Below, one piece after another: positions 8,159 through 15,344 of a DNA stretch of 21,651 nt. The notes below the pieces were generated by a model. That model was given only the letters and a program-made list of their open reading frames with translations, ran no database searches and was not told where the DNA came from. A program made the position numbers and the translations under genes. Within the stretch, counting starts at the first letter, position 1; each line of letters starts with the position of its first letter. The stretch comes from a bacterium (lineage in GTDB: Bacteria; Sysuimicrobiota; Sysuimicrobiia; Sysuimicrobiales; Humicultoraceae), in NCBI GenBank assembly GCA_041497675.1, contig JBGQGY010000059.1, positions 1-21,651 of the forward strand, in the 5' to 3' direction.

Positions 8159-9760
8159 GTGAGAACGAGCACCCTACAGATCGGGATGATCTTCGCGCTG
8201 ATCGCGGGTTTGCTCTGGTGGCAGGGTCCGCCGGCGGGCGCCCAGGCCGTTCCCAGGCAACTCCGCATCGCGGTCGGTATCGACGCGGACACGCTCGATC
8301 CGGCTCAGCAGACGACGACCACCGTGGCCAACATGGTCGACTACTTCTTCGAGACGCTCGTCGACTACGACGCCGAGAAGAACGAGTTCGTGCCGCGCCT
8401 GGCAACGCGGTGGCAGATCGCGCGCGACGGGCTCACGTACACCTTCACGCTCCGCCGGGGCGTGACGTTCCACGACGGCACGCCGCTGAACGCTCAGGCC
8501 GTCAAGGTCACTTTGGAGCGGCTGCTCGATCCACGCATCCGCGTTGGCATCCGGTTCTTCTATACGCCGATCAAGACCGTCGAGGCGGTCGACGATGCCA
8601 CCGTGCGGATCACGTTAAGCGCGCCGTCCCCGTCGTTCATGGGCGGCCTCTCGACGACCCAGGCGGCTATCGTCAATCCGGCCGCCGTCACGCGCGCGGG
8701 CGAGCGGTGGACTGCCGCACCGGTCGGCGGCGGTACCGGCCCGTACATCTTCAAAGAGTGGCGGCGCGGCGACTCGATCCTGGCCGAGCGCAACAACACC
8801 TATTGGGGGAAGAAGGGTCAGTTCGAGGAGGTCCTGTTTCGGGTGGTACCCGACGCGGGCACGCGGCTGACGCAACTGCTGGCGGGCGATGTGCATATGG
8901 CCATGCTCCCCCCGGCGCCTGACGTCAAGGGGCTGCGCAAGAACCCGCGCGTGACGGTGGTCGAGGCGCCCAGCGACCGCGTGGTCTTCCTGATCATGAA
9001 CAACCAGTACGGGCCGTTCAAGGACGTCCGGGTGCGCCAGGCCATGAACTACGCGGTGAACAAGAAGGCGATCCTGGCCAGCATCCTGTTTGATCTCGGG
9101 ACGGCGGTCGACGCGCCGTGTCCGTCGATGATGTTTGGCTACAACAAGGTGCAAGAGGGCGGGTACCCCTTCAATCCAACCAAGGCTAAGCAGCTGCTGG
9201 CCGAGGCCGGTTACAAGGACGGCTTTGAGTTCAACTTCTTCTCGCCGACAGGGCGCTACATCCAGGACTTCCAGGTGGCCCAGGCCGTGTCTTCGCAGCT
9301 GCGCAACGTCAACGTCCGCGCCAACGTGAGCACGATGGACTGGCCGTCCTATGTGGGCATGCTCACGACGCCGTTCGAGCGGACGCGCGTGCAGATGGCC
9401 TTTCTTGGGTGGGCCTGGCCCGTGCTCGACTGCGACGGCGTGCTCTTCGGCCAGTTCCATTCGTCGAACGCTCCGCCCGCGGGGCTGGCGCCCTCGTTCT
9501 ACAAGAACCCGAAGGTGGACGAGTTGCTGACTAGGTCGCGGACCGAGATTGACCCGGAGAAGCGCAAGGCCATCTACAAGGAGGCGCAGGGGCTCGTGTG
9601 GGAGGACGCGCCCTGGGTCTTCCTATGGAGCCAGAAGTGGTACGTTGCCACGGCGAAGAATTTGGAGAGTGTCGTGATCAACCCCATCGAGAAATGGGAC
9701 GCTGTGTGCGGTCAGGGGGCCGAGCCGCGAAAGTCGGCTCACTGCGCCACCTGGAAGTAA
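8159..9760 (+). CDS. Family-5 ABC solute-binding protein (GsiB/DppA-like), 533 aa, operon 2
   Basis: Start moved to GTG 8159 (purine-rich SD GGAAGGGGGG, then a Sec-type signal peptide ending AGA/AQA). Motifs TLDP, FTLRRGVTFHDG, GTGPY, PFKDVRVRQAMNYAVNK. Confidence 0.93.
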   Translation: MRTSTLQIGMIFALIAGLLWWQGPPAGAQAVPRQLRIAVGIDADTLDPAQQTTTTVANMVDYFFETLVDYDAEKNEFVPRLATRWQIARDGLTYTFTLRRGVTFHDGTPLNAQAVKVTLERLLDPRIRVGIRFFYTPIKTVEAVDDATVRITLSAPSPSFMGGLSTTQAAIVNPAAVTRAGERWTAAPVGGGTGPYIFKEWRRGDSILAERNNTYWGKKGQFEEVLFRVVPDAGTRLTQLLAGDVHMAMLPPAPDVKGLRKNPRVTVVEAPSDRVVFLIMNNQYGPFKDVRVRQAMNYAVNKKAILASILFDLGTAVDAPCPSMMFGYNKVQEGGYPFNPTKAKQLLAEAGYKDGFEFNFFSPTGRYIQDFQVAQAVSSQLRNVNVRANVSTMDWPSYVGMLTTPFERTRVQMAFLGWAWPVLDCDGVLFGQFHSSNAPPAGLAPSFYKNPKVDELLTRSRTEIDPEKRKAIYKEAQGLVWEDAPWVFLWSQKWYVATAKNLESVVINPIEKWDAVCGQGAEPRKSAHCATWK

Positions 9761-9765
9761 GCGTG

Positions 9766-9799
9766 AGGGGCGCGCGGCCGGTCGTGACCGCGCGCCCCT
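9766..9799 (+). terminator. Intercistronic 12-bp stem-loop after the SBP gene
   Basis: AGGGGCGCGCGG-(10 nt)-CCGCGCGCCCCT. Typical position for a structure that sets the SBP:permease mRNA ratio. Confidence 0.55.
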
Positions 9800-9829
9800 T
9801 ATCGACCAGCACCGTCCCGTGACCCGCCG

Positions 9830-10762
9830 ATGAACTCGTCGCTCGGCTTCTACGTCCTGCGGCGCCTCGCCCTGGCCATCCCCACGCTGCTCGGCGTGAC
9901 TATTGTCGTCTTCCTCCTGGTCCGCATGATCCCCGGCGATCCCGCGCGCGTCATCGCGGGGTTGCTGGCCGGCGAGGATGAGGTCCAGCGGATTCGGGTC
10001 GAGCTGGGTCTGGACCGTCCGATCCACATCCAGTACGGCATCTTCCTCAACCACCTGCTGCGAGGCAACCTGGGTAAGTCGGCGGCGACCCGCGCGCCGG
10101 TGACCGAAGAGATCGGGACGCGCCTGCGGGCAACAGTCCAACTGGCGATCTCCAGCATTGTCGTGGCGACCGCGGCCGGGCTGGCGGCCGGCATCGTATC
10201 GGCAACCCGACAGTATTCGGCGCTCGACTTTACCGTGATGACCGTCGCGCTGTTCGGGGTGTCCATCCCGGTGTTCTGGCTTGGGATCATGCTCATGCTG
10301 CTCTTCTCGGTCACCCTCCACTGGTTCCCAGCCGGGGGCTATGGGACGCCGGCGCACCTGGTGCTGCCGACCGTCGCGCTCGCCGCGTTCTCGGTGGCGA
10401 TCATCGCGCGGATGACCCGCAGCAGCCTGCTGGAGGCGCTTGGGCAAGACTACGTGAGAACCGCCCGGGCGAAAGGTTTGGGCGGTCGCGTCGTGGTCCT
10501 CCGCCACGCACTGAAAAATGCCCTGATCCCGGTGCTGACGGTGGCCGGCCTGCAGTTTGGCGCGCTCCTTTCCGGTGCCATCCTCACCGAGACGACGTTT
10601 GCCTGGCCGGGCATGGGCCGGCTGCTGGTGAATTCGATCAGCGCCCGCGACTATCCGGTCATTCAAGGCATCGCGCTGATCTTCGCAGTCGTGTTCACCG
10701 TGGTGAACCTGACCGTCGATCTCCTCTACGCCTATGTTGACCCGCGCATCCACTACGGCTAG
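9830..10762 (+). CDS. Opp/Dpp-family ABC permease (DppB/NikB type), operon 2
   Basis: YVLRRLALAIPTLLG, IPGDPA, DYVRTARAKGL, ETTFAWPGMGRL, RDYPVIQG, YVDPRI. Confidence 0.95.
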   Translation: MNSSLGFYVLRRLALAIPTLLGVTIVVFLLVRMIPGDPARVIAGLLAGEDEVQRIRVELGLDRPIHIQYGIFLNHLLRGNLGKSAATRAPVTEEIGTRLRATVQLAISSIVVATAAGLAAGIVSATRQYSALDFTVMTVALFGVSIPVFWLGIMLMLLFSVTLHWFPAGGYGTPAHLVLPTVALAAFSVAIIARMTRSSLLEALGQDYVRTARAKGLGGRVVVLRHALKNALIPVLTVAGLQFGALLSGAILTETTFAWPGMGRLLVNSISARDYPVIQGIALIFAVVFTVVNLTVDLLYAYVDPRIHYG

Positions 10763-11624
10763 GTGGCTGTCCGAGGTCGAGGTCCGGGCCCGGCCCGGGA
10801 TCTTCCGACGGCTGAGCCGTCACCGAACCGCGCTGGTCGGCCTGGCGATCCTCGGCGCGTTCGTGATCGCGACGGCGCTGGCGCCGCTCCTGCTTCCGGG
10901 CGACCCGAGCGAGGCAAACCTCGAGCAGGTGCTGCAACGACCCTCAAGTGCCCACCTCCTTGGGACCGACTATCTGGGGCGCGATTTGCTGATGCGCATC
11001 GTCTACGGCGCACGGGTGTCGTTCCTGATCGGGGTATCGGCGGTCGTGTTCTCTACGGTGATCGGCGTCCCCGTCGGACTCGCCTCAGGGTACTATGGCG
11101 GCAGGATCGACATCGCCGTCCAGCGGCTTGTCGACCTGTTGCTGGCGTTCCCGGCGTTCCTGCTGGCGCTGACGCTCATCTCCGTGCTCGGCGTCGGGAT
11201 CATCAACGTGGTCGTCGCCGTGGGCGTAGGCACCGTGCCCGTCTACATCAGGCTGGTCCGCGGCGTGGCCCTCTCACTGCGCCAGCAGACGTATGTGGAG
11301 GCAGCCCAGGCGCTGGGCGCCGCAGAGGGCCGCGTGATCCGGCGGCACGTCCTTCCCAACTGCCTCGCGCCCTTGATCGTGCAGTCGACCCTCCAGCTGG
11401 GCACGGCCATTCTGGCTGCCGCGGGGCTCGGGTACCTCGGGCTCGGCGTGAAGCCGCCGACCCCCGAGTGGGGCACAATGTTAGGGGAGGGTCAGACGTA
11501 CCTGCTGTCGTCATGGTACATTGCCACCTTCCCCGGTATCGCCATCTTCCTGGCCGTGATGGCGTTCAACCTGCTCGGCGACGGATTGCGCGATGCGCTC
11601 GACCCGAGGATGAAATTGCCGTGA
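10734..11624 (+). CDS. Opp/Dpp-family ABC permease (DppC type), operon 2; start uncertain (ATG 10734, TTG 10737 or CTG 10767)
   Basis: LGTDYLGRDLLMRIVYGAR, YVEAAQALGA, PPTPEWGTML, FNLLGDGLRDALDPR. Confidence 0.92.
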   Translation: MLTRASTTARWLSEVEVRARPGIFRRLSRHRTALVGLAILGAFVIATALAPLLLPGDPSEANLEQVLQRPSSAHLLGTDYLGRDLLMRIVYGARVSFLIGVSAVVFSTVIGVPVGLASGYYGGRIDIAVQRLVDLLLAFPAFLLALTLISVLGVGIINVVVAVGVGTVPVYIRLVRGVALSLRQQTYVEAAQALGAAEGRVIRRHVLPNCLAPLIVQSTLQLGTAILAAAGLGYLGLGVKPPTPEWGTMLGEGQTYLLSSWYIATFPGIAIFLAVMAFNLLGDGLRDALDPRMKLP

Positions 11625-11636
11625 GGGAGGCAGTCG

Positions 11637-12269
11637 GTGGCTGAAACATCCGGCGCGCAGGCGCCCCAGGCACTGCTCTCTGACGTGATTGACTCGATCC
11701 TTCGGGATACGAATGAGGGGTCGATCACGCTTGGCGACCTCGTGGCCTGCACGGGCGAGCGCGGGTTCGGGCTGATGATGGTAATTCTCGGGTTGCCGAT
11801 GCTGATTCCGATTCTCCCCCCTGGCTCATCCACGATCGTCGGGCCGATCTACGCGATCTCTGCGGTCCAGATGCTGCGCGGCGCGCAGTCCCCTTGGCTG
11901 CCTCGGGGTCTGCGAGACCGGGTGCTGTCGGCGACGGCCGTGCGGATCCTGCGCGAGCGGGGCGTCCCGCTGATCCGCGCGGCGGAGCGGTGGTCGCGGC
12001 CACGGGGGATCTGGTTTGCCGAGCGGCTGGTCGTGCGTCTCGTCGGGGGCATGCTCTTGCTCATGGGGTTGATCTTGCTCGGCCCCTTCCCCCTGCTGAA
12101 CACCCCCCCGGCGATCTCGGTGATGCTCATGGGGATCGCCCTGCTCAACGACGACATCCTCTTCCTGCTGGCGGGCATCCTCGTGGGCGGGATCTCGATC
12201 GGTTTCCTGGGGCTCTCGGTGGGAATCATCGTTACGCTCTTCCGCCATCTGAGGGGTTTCCTCCACTAG
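11637..12269 (+). CDS. exoD: ExoD family integral membrane protein, 210 aa
   Basis: ITLGDLV...GERGFGLMMVILGLP, PPGSSTI, QMLRG..SPWLP, PLLNTPPA, LLNDD; SD GGGAGG before the GTG. Confidence 0.85.
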   Translation: MAETSGAQAPQALLSDVIDSILRDTNEGSITLGDLVACTGERGFGLMMVILGLPMLIPILPPGSSTIVGPIYAISAVQMLRGAQSPWLPRGLRDRVLSATAVRILRERGVPLIRAAERWSRPRGIWFAERLVVRLVGGMLLLMGLILLGPFPLLNTPPAISVMLMGIALLNDDILFLLAGILVGGISIGFLGLSVGIIVTLFRHLRGFLH

Positions 12270-12301
12270 GCGACCTCGCGGCAGCAGGCGTCCCATCGGC
12301 A

Positions 12302-12327
12302 AGGAAGCCACCCGCCGCGCCCCGAAC
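12302..12327 (+). promoter_or_regulatory. Putative AGGA-N18-GAAC promoter for the VOC gene
   Basis: AGGA-agccacccgccgcgcccc-GAAC in the intergenic region. Confidence 0.4.
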
Positions 12328-12384
12328 CCCTCCTCGGAGTCGAACAGACGCGTCTCATCAACAATACACTAGGAGGTGGCACGG

Positions 12385-12762
12385 ATGCACGACATCGTCC
12401 ATTGGGAGATTCCCGTCAAGGATATCAAACGAGCCAAGGCATTCTACGGAGCCGTGTTCGGCTGGACATTTGAGGACTACGGGAAGCAGTACGCGATGTT
12501 CAAGACCCCAGGGGGCACCGTCGGTGGCGGCTTCACGAAGGTCAAGAAGGTCCCGACAAAACCCGTGCTCAACGTCTACATCGGGGTCGAGGACATCGAG
12601 GCGAAAAGCAAGCAGATCAAGAAGGCTCGGGGCAAAGTGCTCTCCAAGAAGTCGGAAATCCCCAACATGGGCTGGTGGGTGAAGTTCGCGGACAACCAGG
12701 GCGCCGTGCTCTTCCTGTGGCAGTCAGCGCCGCGGCCTGGACAGACGAACCTCCCGATGTAA
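12385..12762 (+). CDS. VOC/glyoxalase superfamily protein, 125 aa
   Basis: IVHWEIPVKDIKRAKAFYGAVFGW, VYIGVEDIE, EIPNMGWWVKFADNQG. Start moved to ATG 12385 because SD AGGAGGTG (12371-12378) is 6 nt upstream of it. Confidence 0.9.
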   Translation: MHDIVHWEIPVKDIKRAKAFYGAVFGWTFEDYGKQYAMFKTPGGTVGGGFTKVKKVPTKPVLNVYIGVEDIEAKSKQIKKARGKVLSKKSEIPNMGWWVKFADNQGAVLFLWQSAPRPGQTNLPM

Positions 12763-12788
12763 AACATCTACTGCGTAGGACAAAAGGG

Positions 12789-12820
12789 TCCGGGGGGCGC
12801 GAAGGCATGGCGCCCCCGGA
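12789..12820. terminator. Probable bidirectional terminator between convergent genes
   Basis: TCCGGGGGGCGC-(9 nt)-GCGCCCCCGGA with one bulge; followed by TGTTT on + and CCCTTTT on -. Confidence 0.6.
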
Positions 12821-12825
12821 TGTTT

Positions 12826-13806
12826 CTAGGCGTGCAACTCGAGGATGTCGCCGTCCTCCAGAACCTGCTCGCGACTGACCATCTGACCCTCGATGCGCCC
12901 GTCACGCCACAACCGCGCGTACCGAAGGCGCTGCACGAAGTCTTTGTGGACGACCCCGGCCGCTTCAAGCACCGGCGTGCCGCGCTTGAGGATGTACGGC
13001 ACCTCGGTGTCGGCCTTCTTGCCGGGTTTCTTGCTGTAGATCCGGATCACCTTGAGCATCTCGAAGATCGTGCGGCGTAGCTGCGAGAGGTTGACATCTT
13101 CGCGCGCGGAGACGGGCAGCACGGGCAAACGGCTCCCGAAGAACTCCTTGAAGATCTCCAGCGTCTCGGCCGCGCGGGGCGCGTCCAGCTTTGTGGCGAT
13201 GAAGACCGCCGGCACTTCCCGCGGCCCGCCGCGGACCCGGTCGGAGGAAATCAACTCGACGCCGCCGGCGGCCACCAATTGGAGCACCTGCTCCGTGGAC
13301 GCCAGAATATCGGGGTCGGCCAGATCCACCACCACGAGCGCCCCATCGGCGCCCCGGATGATGGCATAGAACCAGCCTTCGGTCATCTCGGGACTGACCG
13401 GTGGGAGATCGATCAACTGCACCTGCACGTCCTCGAACGGGGCCATACCGGAGAGCGGGACGCGCGTCGTGAACGGGTAGTCGCCGATCTCGGGCTCGGC
13501 GTTCGTCAGCGCCGCGAGCAGCGACGACTTCCCGCTGTTTGGCGCGCCCACCAGCGCGATCTGACCGGCGCCTTCGCGCTCGACGTGATAGAACGGGAGC
13601 GCGCGCGCCGCCCCTTTGCGTCGCTGCGTTTCCTGACGGAATTTGGCGATCCGGCGCTTGAGGTCAGCCTGCATCTTCTCGGTGCCCTTGTGTTTGGGGA
13701 TGGTGGACAGCATTTCCTCGAGCGCCTCGAGCTTCCGCTGGGGCGTCGTCGCCTCTTTGAACTTCTTGTCGGCGGTCATGTATTGGGGGGTCAGGTTGGC
13801 AGGCAT
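12826..13806 (-). CDS. DRG/Obg-like GTP-binding protein with C-terminal TGS domain, 326 aa
   Basis: N-terminal 'PKHKGTEKMQADLKRRIAK' helix; G1 GAPNSGKS, G2 YPFTT, G3 DLPP, G4 TKLD, G5 SAR; TGS 'IRIYSKKPG...VHKDF...LEDGDILELH'. Confidence 0.9.
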   Translation of the reverse strand: MPANLTPQYMTADKKFKEATTPQRKLEALEEMLSTIPKHKGTEKMQADLKRRIAKFRQETQRRKGAARALPFYHVEREGAGQIALVGAPNSGKSSLLAALTNAEPEIGDYPFTTRVPLSGMAPFEDVQVQLIDLPPVSPEMTEGWFYAIIRGADGALVVVDLADPDILASTEQVLQLVAAGGVELISSDRVRGGPREVPAVFIATKLDAPRAAETLEIFKEFFGSRLPVLPVSAREDVNLSQLRRTIFEMLKVIRIYSKKPGKKADTEVPYILKRGTPVLEAAGVVHKDFVQRLRYARLWRDGRIEGQMVSREQVLEDGDILELHA

Positions 13807-13817
13807 GGCTGGACTCT

Positions 13818-13826
13818 ATTGTAGCA
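13818..13826 (-). promoter_or_regulatory. Extended -10 (TGcTACAAT) for the GTPase gene
   Basis: Minus strand TG-C-TACAAT ending 11 nt before ATG 13806; no SD present. Confidence 0.5.
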
Positions 13827-13853
13827 ACGGGCGGACGTCAATTCTGACGCTGA

Positions 13854-14143
13854 TCAGCCGCAGGACGTGTCGTGAACGTGCAGCCGGACGTCGCCATCCT
13901 GACCGTCGGGGGCCAGACCCAGCTGTCTTCCGCCGCGGAGGCCATGGCGGCCGTCGCGCGGACTGCCGATCAGGTCACGGGCCGGTGGCGGCAAGTGTGC
14001 ATGAGGTCTGAAGACATCAAGACGGCGTCACGGTTCAGCCCCGAGAGCTGCGGCTCGCGCCGAGGGCATCGGCCTCCTCTGTGTCCATCGAGCCCGGGAT
14101 GGTGACGGTTACGGCACAGGTGAGTATCGTCTTCAACTATTGA
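13854..14143 (+). pseudogene. SIMPL/DUF541 (YggE/BP26-like) remnant, internally deleted and frameshifted
   Basis: One frame: GRVVNVQPDVAILTVGGQTQLSSAAEAMAAVARTADQVTGRWRQVCMRSEDIKT (SIMPL N-terminal pattern). Shifted frame from ~14021: GVTVQPRELRLAPRASASSVSIEPGMVTVTAQVSIVFNY, stop 14141-14143 (SIMPL C-terminal pattern). Middle region and signal peptide are absent. Confidence 0.7.
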
Positions 14144-14253
14144 GGACGGGCTTGAAATCAACTCCTCGCCCGATGGACGCCCGTGGGGCGGGGCGGTATT
14201 GTTAGATTTAGTGTGGCTAGCAGCGGGATTCTTGAGGCGAAAAGGAGTCAGCC

Positions 14254-14565
14254 ATGTTCATACAGCGCGTCCATATGTATCCTGCGGCGGGGAAAGAGCC
14301 TGAGCTACGTGCTGCACTGGCGGAGTGGGCAAAGAAGCGACAGGCTCAGGGTGTAGTGATCAGTTTGACCGTCCAGCTCTTCAATCCCGAGGGAACAACC
14401 TTCGCGAAGACCACCAAGTTCCGCGACCTGGCCGAGCTAGAGAACCGACGGCGCCAGGACCTAGCGGACCCTGCGTTCCAGGCCGCTGTGGCCAAATTTG
14501 CTTCATTGAGCCGGGCGCCGGCCAAGTCCGAGCTGTACGAGGTGCTGGTTCCCTTCAAGAGCTAA
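14254..14565 (+). CDS. Hypothetical protein, probable dimeric alpha/beta barrel (NIPSNAP/ABM-like), 103 aa
   Basis: SD AAGGAG; pattern 'YPAAGKEPEL...FRDLAELE...DPAFQA...SELYEV' resembles ferredoxin-like barrels. Confidence 0.7.
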   Translation: MFIQRVHMYPAAGKEPELRAALAEWAKKRQAQGVVISLTVQLFNPEGTTFAKTTKFRDLAELENRRRQDLADPAFQAAVAKFASLSRAPAKSELYEVLVPFKS

Positions 14566-14577
14566 TCGGCTTTTTCC

Positions 14578-15252
14578 TTAACTACTGAAGATGCGCGGCG
14601 GCTCGACCTCGGCCCCCGGCCACTCGAGCCGCACCAGCCTCGCCAGCGAGCTCAGATGAGCCTCAACGGCTGTGGCCGCCACCCCCGCCGGACACCAGGC
14701 GCCGAACATCGCGGCGCTCGATTCGCCGCGAAGGCGGGTGCGGTGGTCCGGCCCGTGGATGACCGACGCGATGATGCCCTCGTCGTCGCGGACGACCATG
14801 TCGCCCGGCCGCAGACGCTGTTCCTTCCCCGACAGCTTCGTGTAGGCGTCGCCTTCGGCGGACACATCGACCTCTAGCGGGCCGCGAAGCGCTTCGGGAT
14901 CGTGCCCCGACGTCAGCACCAGGCTTTCGACCTCAGCGGCGAACATCGCGGTCACCAGCGCCGACGGGCTTTCTATTGGGCGACCTGAGAGAATCGTCTT
15001 GGCCTGGTGCACGACCGGGTACCGGCCGCCATACCGCCGAAAGTGGGCCGCGTAGGCGCGCGCCGTGGGGTCGGTGTCGATCGCGTCTCCCGGATAGTGG
15101 GTCCGCAGCGAGGATTCGATGGCGCGCAGTTCCCCGTCGACGGCGGTGACCTGCGGACGGTTGGGACACTGCCTCACCACGAGCATGCCAAAGACACCCT
15201 GGGGAAACGCGGCGCGGAAGGTCGCGGTGAGATCGACGGTGATCGGCGGCAT
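14578..15252 (-). CDS. Stand-alone B3/4 (PheRS beta editing-like) domain protein, 224 aa
   Basis: DPTARAYAAHFRRYG, SALVTAMFAAEV..LVLTSGHD, PGDMVVRDDEGIIAS, DHRTRL; typical of free-standing B3/4 proteins. Confidence 0.82.
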   Translation of the reverse strand: MPPITVDLTATFRAAFPQGVFGMLVVRQCPNRPQVTAVDGELRAIESSLRTHYPGDAIDTDPTARAYAAHFRRYGGRYPVVHQAKTILSGRPIESPSALVTAMFAAEVESLVLTSGHDPEALRGPLEVDVSAEGDAYTKLSGKEQRLRPGDMVVRDDEGIIASVIHGPDHRTRLRGESSAAMFGAWCPAGVAATAVEAHLSSLARLVRLEWPGAEVEPPRIFSS

Positions 15253-15260
15253 GCTGTCGG

Positions 15261-15286
15261 ATTCTCGCGGATGCCCGAGTCATCCT
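15261..15286 (-). promoter_or_regulatory. Putative AGGA-N18-GAAT promoter, placed for leaderless transcription of the B3/4 gene
   Basis: Minus strand AGGA-tgactcgggcatccgcga-GAAT, then 8 nt, then ATG 15252; no SD. Confidence 0.5.
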
Positions 15287-15344
15287 CTGGGAGGGACTCG
15301 GCGGCAAAGGCGGGAAAGCAGGAAATGCATACCGGAGGTATTCC

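Noticed and set aside
10763..11644. 293-aa ORF starting GTG right after the permease B2 stop
   Set aside because: Arg/Gly/Pro-rich off-frame translation overlapping the real permease C2. A 1-nt indel linking this GTG to the permease frame cannot be excluded without reads.
13818..13841. Canonical sigma70 promoter TTGACG/TACAAT for the GTPase
   Set aside because: The spacer is only 12 nt; only the extended -10 was kept.
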